Source: Chthonomonas sp. (lineage in GTDB: Bacteria; Armatimonadota; Fimbriimonadia; Fimbriimonadales; Fimbriimonadaceae). From it: a stretch of 32,000 bases of DNA. The position numbers and the translations under genes were made by a program. Location of the stretch: NCBI GenBank assembly GCA_031425375.1, contig JANPJF010000006.1, positions 224,123 to 256,122 on the forward strand. Direction: 5' to 3'. The notes below the pieces were generated by a model. That model was not told where the DNA came from, did no database searches, and worked only from the letters and a program-made list of their open reading frames with translations. Shown here piece after piece: positions 7,674 to 15,533 of this stretch (position 1 is its first letter; each line of letters opens with the position of its first letter).

Positions 7674-8605
7674 TCCAGATAGTCCAACTCTTTAAGCATC
7701 CGAGGGTTCTGCCGCCACTCGGTTCGAACCTTCACAAATAATTCCAGGAAGACCGGTTTGCCCACGATCGCTTCAATCTCGGCCCGAGCCTCGGTGCCGA
7801 TGCGCTTGAGCATCTCCCCGCGCTTGCCGATGAGGATCGCTTTCTGACCATCCTTTTCGACCACCAGAGAAACCAGAATTCGCACAACGTTTGGCTCATC
7901 GGTCCAGTCGTCAACGATTGCGGCTAAGGCGTGAGGAACCTCTTCCCGAGTCAGGCGCAAGGCCTTCTCCCGAACCAATTCCGAGGCTAGACGACGCATC
8001 GGTTGATCGGTCACTTCGTCTTCCGGGTAAAGCATCGGGCCTTCCGGCAAGTGCTCCAGGATCATTTCGACGAGCTTGTCCACGTTGCGAGTCTTAGTGA
8101 GGCTCGTCATCATGATTCGGTCGGTGCCGAACAGCTTCCCGAACCGCTCGTAATGATCTTGAACATCCACCGCTCGCAAAAGGTCCATCTTGTTCAGACA
8201 GAGGATCACATTCGGCTTTGCCTTCCCATCCGCCTCAATCCAATTCTGCTGACGCAGCATCTCGGCGAGGGCTTCCTCGTCCTTATCCGGCTTGCGGGAG
8301 GCGTCCACCATCACGATGAGAGCATCGGCTCCATCCATGCTCCCCTGTGCCGTCTCATTCAGGATCTTGCCAAGGTGGGTGTGAGCCTTATGAACACCCG
8401 GCGTGTCAATCAAGATGAGTTGATAGTCGGCCTCCGTGACAATGCCCAACATACGGTGACGGGTGGTCTGCGCTTTGTCGCTGACAATACTCACCTTCTG
8501 ACCCACCAGAAGGTTGGTCAGCGTGCTCTTGCCAGTGTTCGGCTTGCCAACGAGCGCGACCATTCCGCTGCGGAACGGCTTAGTCTCGTTTTCTAAAGAC
8601 AACAT
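7670..8605 (-). CDS. era: GTPase Era
   Basis: 311 aa. FRSGMVALVGKPNTGKSTLTNLLVGQKVSIVSDKAQTTRHR (G1 and G2), LIDTPG (G3), LNKMDL (G4), and a C-terminal KH-like region (ILVSLVVEKDGQKAILIGKRGEMLKRIG). A GGAG lies 4 nt upstream of the ATG, inside the upstream gene. Confidence 0.95.
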   Translation of the reverse strand: MLSLENETKPFRSGMVALVGKPNTGKSTLTNLLVGQKVSIVSDKAQTTRHRMLGIVTEADYQLILIDTPGVHKAHTHLGKILNETAQGSMDGADALIVMVDASRKPDKDEEALAEMLRQQNWIEADGKAKPNVILCLNKMDLLRAVDVQDHYERFGKLFGTDRIMMTSLTKTRNVDKLVEMILEHLPEGPMLYPEDEVTDQPMRRLASELVREKALRLTREEVPHALAAIVDDWTDEPNVVRILVSLVVEKDGQKAILIGKRGEMLKRIGTEARAEIEAIVGKPVFLELFVKVRTEWRQNPRMLKELDYLD

Positions 8606-11600
8606 TCATCTCCGAGATATCAAAATCGCTGGTCGCGGCTGGCTTGCGGTCGCTTGATCCATCCGGGCGTCGCCCCCGCCGCCGACGGCCCCGATGCCTC
8701 TCGCGGCGCTCGTCTGCGCTCGCATCCGTGGACTCCTCGGCCTCAGTGGCCTGCTCTTCCATCACCGAGGGTCGGAAGACAAGGTCAGTGGCCATCTCTT
8801 CGGTCCAGCCCTCTTCCACCCAATCGTCCACCTTCATGATCGCCACGTCAAAGTGGATGTCGTCTGGGTGGACCGTGTTCTCGGGCCGTTCTGGGAGCTC
8901 GTCGACCTTCAACAGGTCTTCGGACGGGACCTTCAGAATGGCCTCAATCTCGCTCTTCAAACCAATCAAGAACGATTGGGTCTGACCGTCAATTGCGGCA
9001 AACCTAAACTGAGCGCCCTCAATCGTGGCCCACTCTTCGCGCTGCAGATTGTAAGCCGCCGCCTTATCTGGAAGGGCCAAAGTACGAGATCCGCTTCCGT
9101 TGCAATGCAACGTGACGAACGGCGCCCTAGCATGGACCAAGTCTTCGTGGTAATTCCAGACGTGGGCTCCTGCCATTTGGCCGAGCGCACGGAAGAATCC
9201 TGGAGTCACCACCGGCTCACCCAGGAAGACACTCTTCCAAGACTGACCAGGGCTTTCGCCTTTAAACTCTCGCATAACGAAGCTCGGCAATCCGGTCGCG
9301 GAGTACTCGCCAAGCACAATGCCGTCTTCGGGAATCGCGAAGTAGCTGGGCTCGAGTTCGCCGCCGCTGCTGAGCATCTTCTCGGGAAGCGGCTCGCAAA
9401 GCGGATGCTTCTTGTGGACGATATGGGTTCCGCTTCGGCTCGCGAATGGCTGCCGCTTCAAGGCGATGCCGGTCACTTCGCGTACTCGCTCCAGAGCATC
9501 TCGACCTGCGTCAAAGAGACCCGCCGCGTACATCCAGAACAACACCTTGTTGTCGCGCTGGAGGCGCGTCTTAATCGCGCTTCGCACTTCGGGCCGAATG
9601 TCCCACGCATTCAAAAATACGTAAACTTTCGCCTCAGGGAACTGCTCCCGATGGGCTAGGTCGCTCAGAAGATAAAAGCCAGCACTCAGACCTGATCGGA
9701 GGATGGATTCGCGGACATTCTGCACCAACAACGCAAATGCCTTTTGATCCACCAAATACGCCAACGAACGCTCGTCAATGAACACCGCCACATCTGGATC
9801 GCCGAGAGGTACGGCCATGCGATTGACGAGAGCCTTGCGAATCTGAGCCGCACGATCCCAAATTCCGGTTGATTTAAGCCATCCATTGCCCCAGAGGTCC
9901 ATCCAGCAGATGCCTCCAGCGTGGGCCGCCGCCGCTCCGTAACCACGCCAGTGCACTGTTTCAAGAGACTGGGGCGTTTTCATCACCGGGTTGAAATCGT
10001 CCGGCTCGTGCTTCGCCGTGATCGGAGTCTTGAAGTCTTCTTCGCTGATGTACAATTTGCCATTCAGCGCAAAGCTGTCAATCGGCCCAGGGAACGGACA
10101 GGTCCCGCCCGGCTCGCGATTCTTGTAGCTCGGCGGCCCCGCGATGAAGTCCACCTCAGGATTGCGTAAGAGCTTGCCGAGAGAAAGGTGACCACTGGCT
10201 GGATGACTCCACTCGAAGGTGTAGCCATAGCTAACCCCCACGAGGAAATAACCATCACTTGCCTTCTTAGCGACATGGGCGAGCTTGCCGATGCGCTCCA
10301 CCGTGATGTCACTGAGGAACAGGTGGTAATCCACCCACCGGCGGGCTTTCCGTCCCGTCCGAACGAACTCTTCCCCGCTGCGGGTTTCTCCTCGGTATTC
10401 GGGCACGCTGAGCGTCTCGAACTGGGCTTGTCCGTCAAACCAACTGGCGCACAGGGCCACGTTGTCGTTGCGGTAGCGCATTCGAACCCACTCGCGAAAT
10501 TCCAATTGGGCCGCTGGCGACGTGTCGTAGCCCCATCCGGCAGCGAAGAACCACTCTCCGCGCTCTAAATGAACGCCCATCACGTGCTCGCGGTTCGGCA
10601 ACAGGCGCATCTTCGCGACGAAGTCCTCAAGGCAGTGCTCGGCATCGCCCCAGAAGATGTCATCGCAAACACTGGGGTCTCCAAGGCCGCCGCTCTCTGC
10701 GACGTACTTCGCCTTCGGATAGACAGTTTCCCATCCTTGCGCCGCCGTAAACACGACGCGGAATAAGACTTGAGCGTCGGGAGCGACTTCTAGGGACTTG
10801 TTCAACAAGTAGGCGGCGAACTGCACCGATGCGTCGGCGTCGCCATCTCGGTTGACCTCGAGGTCAACGTAGTGAACGATGACTCCAATGCCGGACTCAC
10901 TCGCGTACTTGATCTCCTCAAGCACCGTTTCCATGCGCTTTTCGTCGGAAGCGTTGCCAAAGAAGAAGATGGGCGGGAAGACCTTGCCGTCTCGAACTAG
11001 TGTAGGATTGCCGTCGCGCAGGAACACTTGCGGGGCATCAGAAGGAATCTTGACGTACTCCCTCGGAGCGACAACCGGGGGCTCTGGTTTGACCGGGGCC
11101 GGCTTGGCTCTGGGCTCGCGAACTTGAACCGCCGGGGCATCATTTTCGCTAGTCAGAAGGTCTTTTCGGCCTCGGTTTCGATTACGATCTCGATCTCGGC
11201 CGCGGGCCGGTCGATCCGTCACGACAGCAGACTCTTCGGAGTCTTGATCAACTTCCTCCTGGGCCGCAGGAACGACGCCGCGAGCGCGGAACATAGGGAC
11301 GGGCACAGATTCACCCGCTTCAAGTTCCATCGTCATGAGGTCGGGAACGGCTCGCTCGGTTCGATCAACGGCAGGCTGGGCCTCGTTGCGACGCGGACGC
11401 GCGGGCCTATATTCCGGTGTCGGAGTGGACTGCTGTTCAGATTCCTGTTTGCGCGGTCGGCCGCGACCACGCGTAGGCTGCGCTTCTACCGGCGCAGGCT
11501 CCTTTCGAGGTCGTCCTCGCCCACGCTTTGGCTCGTTTACGGCGGCCTCGTCCACGGGTTTCCGTGGTCGTCCTGGTCCACGCTTTGGAGCTTCCGGGTC

Positions 11601-11780
11601 TGCCGCCACGACCGGATGCTTGCGCGGACGCCCTGGTCCACGTCGAGCCGATTCTGCTGACTCCGTTCTGGCTTCTTGAGCCGGAGCAGGAGTTGGAGCA
11701 GGATTTGCGGGCGCCGTCTCAGCAGGCTTCTCTGCTTTCGGAGCTACGGGCTTGATACGTTTTGAATTGTCGAATAACAT
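8580..11780 (-). CDS. Large cytoplasmic protein: a disordered N-terminal region with four AT-hook motifs, a central GH42-like (beta-galactosidase-like barrel plus trimerisation-like) body, and an acidic then Arg-rich C-terminal tail
   Basis: Uninterrupted 1066-aa ORF with an ATG start and no signal peptide. Hooks are RRGPGRPRK, KRGPGRPRK, KRGRGRPRK and TRGRGRPRK. GH42-like motifs: GWGYDTSPAAQLEFREWVRMRYRNDNVALCASW, and VAVFIDERS...AKVYVFLNAWDIRPEVRSAIKTRLQRDNKVLFWMYAAG. Tail: EEQATEAEESTDASADERRERHRGRRRRGRR. The CDS call is solid. The fold and function assignment is inference. Confidence 0.75.
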   Translation of the reverse strand: MLFDNSKRIKPVAPKAEKPAETAPANPAPTPAPAQEARTESAESARRGPGRPRKHPVVAADPEAPKRGPGRPRKPVDEAAVNEPKRGRGRPRKEPAPVEAQPTRGRGRPRKQESEQQSTPTPEYRPARPRRNEAQPAVDRTERAVPDLMTMELEAGESVPVPMFRARGVVPAAQEEVDQDSEESAVVTDRPARGRDRDRNRNRGRKDLLTSENDAPAVQVREPRAKPAPVKPEPPVVAPREYVKIPSDAPQVFLRDGNPTLVRDGKVFPPIFFFGNASDEKRMETVLEEIKYASESGIGVIVHYVDLEVNRDGDADASVQFAAYLLNKSLEVAPDAQVLFRVVFTAAQGWETVYPKAKYVAESGGLGDPSVCDDIFWGDAEHCLEDFVAKMRLLPNREHVMGVHLERGEWFFAAGWGYDTSPAAQLEFREWVRMRYRNDNVALCASWFDGQAQFETLSVPEYRGETRSGEEFVRTGRKARRWVDYHLFLSDITVERIGKLAHVAKKASDGYFLVGVSYGYTFEWSHPASGHLSLGKLLRNPEVDFIAGPPSYKNREPGGTCPFPGPIDSFALNGKLYISEEDFKTPITAKHEPDDFNPVMKTPQSLETVHWRGYGAAAAHAGGICWMDLWGNGWLKSTGIWDRAAQIRKALVNRMAVPLGDPDVAVFIDERSLAYLVDQKAFALLVQNVRESILRSGLSAGFYLLSDLAHREQFPEAKVYVFLNAWDIRPEVRSAIKTRLQRDNKVLFWMYAAGLFDAGRDALERVREVTGIALKRQPFASRSGTHIVHKKHPLCEPLPEKMLSSGGELEPSYFAIPEDGIVLGEYSATGLPSFVMREFKGESPGQSWKSVFLGEPVVTPGFFRALGQMAGAHVWNYHEDLVHARAPFVTLHCNGSGSRTLALPDKAAAYNLQREEWATIEGAQFRFAAIDGQTQSFLIGLKSEIEAILKVPSEDLLKVDELPERPENTVHPDDIHFDVAIMKVDDWVEEGWTEEMATDLVFRPSVMEEQATEAEESTDASADERRERHRGRRRRGRRPDGSSDRKPAATSDFDISEMNVVFRKRD
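11448..11645 (-). repeat. Four in-frame coding repeats of the AT-hook motif (K/R/T)RG(P/R)GRPRK, spaced 18-20 codons apart
   Basis: Residues 46-54, 66-74, 85-93 and 103-111 of the 1066-aa ORF. For example, plus-strand cttgcgcggacgccctggtccacgtcg is the reverse complement of the sequence encoding RRGPGRPRK. Confidence 0.8.
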
Positions 11781-12472
11781 GGTTCTTTCTTTAAAATTGT
11801 CTGTTCGACCCAGGTTTCTAGGTCGGAGGGGGTGAGTACTAATTCGTTTGGTTTAGATTCGGCGAGAGCCGACTCGGACATCGCGCCATAGGCGACCGCC
11901 ACGGAGAAGGCTCCGGCAGCGTGCGCACTCTCAACATCGTGGATCGCGTCCCCGATGAAGCAAACTTCTGCGGCGTGAACACCGAGCAATTCGCAAGCGC
12001 GGAGAACTGGCTCTGCATGCGGCTTCGGGTGCGTGACATCCGATGCAGACACCGTAACCTGAGCACCTTGAAACTGAGGAAATTCACCTAAAATCCAGGT
12101 GAGTTCGTCTCGGTTTCGACTGGTAACCAGGCCACACGGAATCCCCGCATCAATTACCGCCCGAAATGCCCGCTCGGCAGGCTCCAAGGCGATAATTTTG
12201 TCGGAATGGGCAACGTAACGATCCATCGTGTACCGGACTCTTGACTGAAGGGTCGTCTCAGTGGAGCTGTCCATCCCAAACATCATCATCTGGGCGGAAA
12301 GGGGGGTGCCGATCAGAGACTTGATAAATACATCATCGGGACGGTTGCCGGTGAAGTGCTCGAAAGCATCTCCGAGTCCAGCAACGATCATTGGAATCGT
12401 GTTGACGAGCGTGCCATCTAAATCAAACAAAACGGCGCGAAACTCTCGCGTCTGTAACGTGCACTCCATCAA
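11744..12472 (-). CDS. HAD-IA family hydrolase (phosphoglycolate phosphatase / PpaX-like)
   Basis: 242 aa. Motif I is AVLFDLDGTLVNT. It also has a LVTSRNR Ser/Thr motif and a C-terminal FIGDAIHDVESAHAAG motif. The stop lies 37 nt inside the downstream AT-hook ORF. Confidence 0.85.
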   Translation of the reverse strand: MMECTLQTREFRAVLFDLDGTLVNTIPMIVAGLGDAFEHFTGNRPDDVFIKSLIGTPLSAQMMMFGMDSSTETTLQSRVRYTMDRYVAHSDKIIALEPAERAFRAVIDAGIPCGLVTSRNRDELTWILGEFPQFQGAQVTVSASDVTHPKPHAEPVLRACELLGVHAAEVCFIGDAIHDVESAHAAGAFSVAVAYGAMSESALAESKPNELVLTPSDLETWVEQTILKKEPCYSTIQNVSSP

Positions 12473-12570
12473 CCGCCAAATTATGACAGATGGAAGTCAG
12501 TTAATTCCGAAAAATCCTGCTAAATATTCCGGGGCCACCAACCGAACATCTGAAAGGTAGGTCTTACCGG

Positions 12571-14220
12571 ATGCAAATTGATCTTCAAAATTTATTGGGC
12601 GCGGGAGCCCAGATCAGTTCGACCGCCCCCACTCTTGGGATGGCGGGTGAGTTTGATCTGGTGCTTGCACAAACCCAATTTGAAGGTGCAAGCCCACCAG
12701 GGGTTGCCCCGCCGCCGTTCCTTCTTGGAATGGTGAGCGCAAATGGGACCGAAGAAGTGAGCCAAATTCAGCCGAATGCTGTGGCCTCAAAACTGGACTT
12801 CCTCCCAACCGACACCGAAGTCAAAATTTCAGAATCTGCCAACGCGCAGAATCCCTCGCTGGACTCCCTCCTCGCGGCGATGAATCTCTCATTCCGCTCC
12901 CTAGAGCCCATCGTGGTGAGCTCAGTCCCACCCGCTGCGGCGAGCATGGTGGTCAGCGCTTCCATCGTTTCTGCGCCCAACACTCAACTCTCGCCTATTT
13001 CATGGGCTCCGGCAGCCATGAAGGTTGCGGATTTATTGGGAGCCCGTGGGGTTCAACATTCTCAAGCCAATCCAACTTTTCACGAAGGAGATTTTGCTCC
13101 CTTAAGCCATCTCTTCCAAAGTGATCCTCTTGAATCGACACTCGTACCTGTTTCTCTTCCGTCGGTGTTGATCGAAGGACTCAGCCGCCAATTTGGCGCG
13201 AAGCAAGTGCTAGACCCTGAGATGGTCTCTCAACTCGGCCTGCAATCAATGAAGGCGGCGCCACTCGGCCCCGGGTTTAGCTCGGTTGATTCGACCACCC
13301 TCGACGAATTTCGAGCCACTCGCCCGGAACTGGCGGTGTCGACACCCGAACGTAAGGTTGCCGACTCTAAACTCCTCGGATCCGAAGTGGCAACAAAGTC
13401 GCCGACCTCAGCTCCGGTCGTTGCTGTTGCTTCGATGACGCAGGGCGAGACCCTTAAGCCAAATGGGGAACCTCAGGTTAAAGCTTTGGGTCTCGAAAAG
13501 AAGAACTCGACCAAGACAACCTCCGCAGCACTTCTACTGGGCGACCCGGAAATCCCGAGCGATGCTGCCGCTGAGAGCCGTATTGACGCCGGTCCAGACA
13601 AGCTTCTAGGCTCCGAAAAGAAAGCCGTTTCGGCAACGACCGTCACTTCAGGGCCATTCGAGAATTCCAACCCAGTTACCGAAGAATTGGAGCTCGTCCA
13701 ACCCATTTCGGAGTTAACCGCGGGTGCCCCAATCGCCACTCGAGAACCACTCGCAACCAGCCGCACTGACGAGGTCGCCAAACCGGCCCAACTCCCCGAG
13801 CGAACTCAGCGTGAAGTAGTTCAGCAGACCGTGGACCGCATCGAGGCCATGGCGATTCAACGCCCGATGAGCCAAGTCGTCATCCACTTGAATCCAGAGC
13901 ACCTGGGCGAGATCGCGATCAAGGTGCGGATGATGGGCAATCGCTCCGAGGCCGAAATCACGGCAACCGATGAGCGCGTCGTACAGGCTCTCGACGGCAA
14001 CCGCCCTCAACTCGTTCAAGCCATCGAGAGTAAGGGCTTTGCGCTCAGCTCGCTGACGATGCAATTCGGCGGCGAACGCGGCGACCAAAACCCCGCCCAG
14101 CGCGAAGATTTCGCCCGAGCCATGAACAGTTTCCAAAACGCGTCAACTGACGGAGGCGAAACCGCCGCCGTCCCGACCTACGGATCATCGCAAAACGGCG
14201 GTCTGAACTTAGTGATCTAA
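12571..14220 (+). CDS. fliK: Flagellar hook-length control protein FliK
   Basis: 549 aa. Long, low-complexity S/P/A/T-rich N-terminal and central region. The C-terminal Flg_hook-type domain reads VVIHLNPEHLGEIAIKVRMMGNRSEAEITATDERVVQALDGNRPQLVQAIESKGFALSSLTMQF. It sits directly upstream of flgD. Confidence 0.8.
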   Translation: MQIDLQNLLGAGAQISSTAPTLGMAGEFDLVLAQTQFEGASPPGVAPPPFLLGMVSANGTEEVSQIQPNAVASKLDFLPTDTEVKISESANAQNPSLDSLLAAMNLSFRSLEPIVVSSVPPAAASMVVSASIVSAPNTQLSPISWAPAAMKVADLLGARGVQHSQANPTFHEGDFAPLSHLFQSDPLESTLVPVSLPSVLIEGLSRQFGAKQVLDPEMVSQLGLQSMKAAPLGPGFSSVDSTTLDEFRATRPELAVSTPERKVADSKLLGSEVATKSPTSAPVVAVASMTQGETLKPNGEPQVKALGLEKKNSTKTTSAALLLGDPEIPSDAAAESRIDAGPDKLLGSEKKAVSATTVTSGPFENSNPVTEELELVQPISELTAGAPIATREPLATSRTDEVAKPAQLPERTQREVVQQTVDRIEAMAIQRPMSQVVIHLNPEHLGEIAIKVRMMGNRSEAEITATDERVVQALDGNRPQLVQAIESKGFALSSLTMQFGGERGDQNPAQREDFARAMNSFQNASTDGGETAAVPTYGSSQNGGLNLVI

Positions 14221-14223
14221 CCC

Positions 14224-14856
14224 ATGTCTGTCAATTCTATCGATCCAATGGCCTCCCAATTTTTTGGAGCGACCCCCGTCAAGCAGAAATCTGCGCTGGA
14301 CATGACTACCTTCATTCGCCTGCTGACGGTTCAGCTCGCGAACCAAAATCCGCTGGAGCCCATGTCAGACCGTGACTTCTTCGCGCAAATGGCGCAGCTC
14401 GGTCAAGTTCAAGGTACCGATAAGATGACCAAGCAGTTGCAAACTCTTCAGGCCAGCACGCTTATCGGCAAGACCGTCCGGGCAACGATCACCCGCGCTG
14501 AAGGCGCCCCGGCCGAGGAAATCATCGGACGCGTCATCGGCATGGACGTTAAGAACGGCGAGCAAATTTTGAAGGTGCAGGAAGCCGACGGCGGGCTGGT
14601 GGACGTCAAGTTCGATAACATTACCAGTTTCACCGACATCCAAGTTCAACAAATTCCCACGCCGACGCTCTCGGATGCCAGCCAACTTATTGGCCGCAAC
14701 ATCAAGTTCTGGGAAAACCAGGAATCAGATGGCACTCTGGTGGAGGGACAAGTGGTTCGCGCCTCGATGGTCAACGGCGTTGCCATGCTGACGGTTCGCA
14801 CTCCGGCGGGCGAAGTGCAGGTTCGATACGACTCGGTTCGAGAAGTCCTCTCCTAG
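14224..14856 (+). CDS. flgD: Flagellar hook capping / assembly protein FlgD
   Basis: 210 aa. Has the conserved FlgD N-terminal motif FIRLLTVQLANQNPLEPMSDRDFFAQMAQLGQVQG. Starts 3 nt after the fliK stop. Confidence 0.9.
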   Translation: MSVNSIDPMASQFFGATPVKQKSALDMTTFIRLLTVQLANQNPLEPMSDRDFFAQMAQLGQVQGTDKMTKQLQTLQASTLIGKTVRATITRAEGAPAEEIIGRVIGMDVKNGEQILKVQEADGGLVDVKFDNITSFTDIQVQQIPTPTLSDASQLIGRNIKFWENQESDGTLVEGQVVRASMVNGVAMLTVRTPAGEVQVRYDSVREVLS

Positions 14857-14901
14857 AATCGTTGAACTCAACTCCAACGTCATCAACACGGAACACGACC
14901 C

Positions 14902-15276
14902 ATGAGTAGCCCAATTCAAAATAATCGAATCGCGGATCTGCTGCAACAGCAGCAGATCCAGCCGGGCACGTCCAAACCGGTCGCTCCTGCCGATCAGAAT
15001 GCGTTCAGCGAGATTCTAGAAAATCGGCTTAAGGTGAGCGGCCATGCTGAAACTCGGCTCAATAGTCGAGAGATCCAACTCGATCGCGCCGCATGGGAGC
15101 GCGTGATTGAAGGGGTGGAGAAGGCAGCTCTCAAGGGCGCGAAGGAATCTCTCGTCTTGGTGGACGACATTGCGCTTGTGGTCTCGGTGAAAAACAAGAC
15201 GGTAATCACGGCGGTGGACCAGGCGAAACTGAAAGACAATGTGTTCACCAACATTGACAGCGCCATCGTGGTCTAA
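14902..15276 (+). CDS. Small flagellar operon protein of the TIGR02530 type
   Basis: 124 aa. SGHAETRLNSREIQL...VEKAALKGAKESLVLVDDIALVVSVKNKTVITAVDQAKLKDNVFTNIDSAIVV matches my recollection of the family pattern (SxHAxxRLxxRxI ... KG ... VITA ... NVFTNIDSAV). It occupies the classic flgD-flgE position. Confidence 0.7.
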   Translation: MSSPIQNNRIADLLQQQQIQPGTSKPVAPADQNAFSEILENRLKVSGHAETRLNSREIQLDRAAWERVIEGVEKAALKGAKESLVLVDDIALVVSVKNKTVITAVDQAKLKDNVFTNIDSAIVV

Positions 15277-15287
15277 ACCCTCGGATC

Positions 15288-15313
15288 GGTTTGTTTTTGA
15301 ACTCAAACAAACC
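15288..15313 (+). other. Perfect 9-bp stem hairpin (GGTTTGTTT, 8-nt loop, AAACAAACC) 12 nt after the TIGR02530-type gene stop
   Basis: Read directly from the sequence. The stem is AT-rich and no U-tract follows, so it may be a weak attenuator or processing site rather than a strong terminator. Confidence 0.3.
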
Positions 15314-15533
15314 TAAAGTAGATTGCCAACGTTAAGGCCTAACGATCCCCTGAGTTCCCCCGATATTAATACTGGAATCATCCAAAGGCTCCGAACAAGA
15401 AGAAGAAGCTAGTGACCGGAACGGTGGTCTCGACCCCCGTAAGTCCTGCGCAATAAGGCCGAATGCCTGCGCACGAAAAGCAAGCTCCCTCCTCTTCGAA
15501 GAGTCTCGAAAATCGAAACGAGAAACGAAGACT

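Noticed and set aside
8003-8596. 197-aa plus-strand ORF
   Set aside because: It is antisense to era, whose G1-G4 and KH motifs are unambiguous. It is a shadow ORF typical of GC-rich DNA.
8694-9659. 321-aa plus-strand ORF
   Set aside because: It is antisense to the continuous 1066-aa minus-strand ORF. Its composition is low-complexity (R/L/G/H) and it has no motifs. The same reasoning applies to the smaller antisense and alternate-frame ORFs between 8644 and 11755, including the Arg-rich mirror images of the AT-hook repeats at 11028-11679.
12521-12548. Possible sigma-28 (FliA) promoter upstream of fliK: TAAA, a 16-nt spacer, then ACCGAACA
   Set aside because: Only about 5 of 8 positions match the GCCGATAA element, and the spacer is one nt too long. 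Hook genes are not normally sigma-28 dependent. The same TAAATA could simply be a housekeeping -10. A similar TAAA...GCCTAACG candidate at 15314-15344 has a 19-nt spacer and was also rejected.
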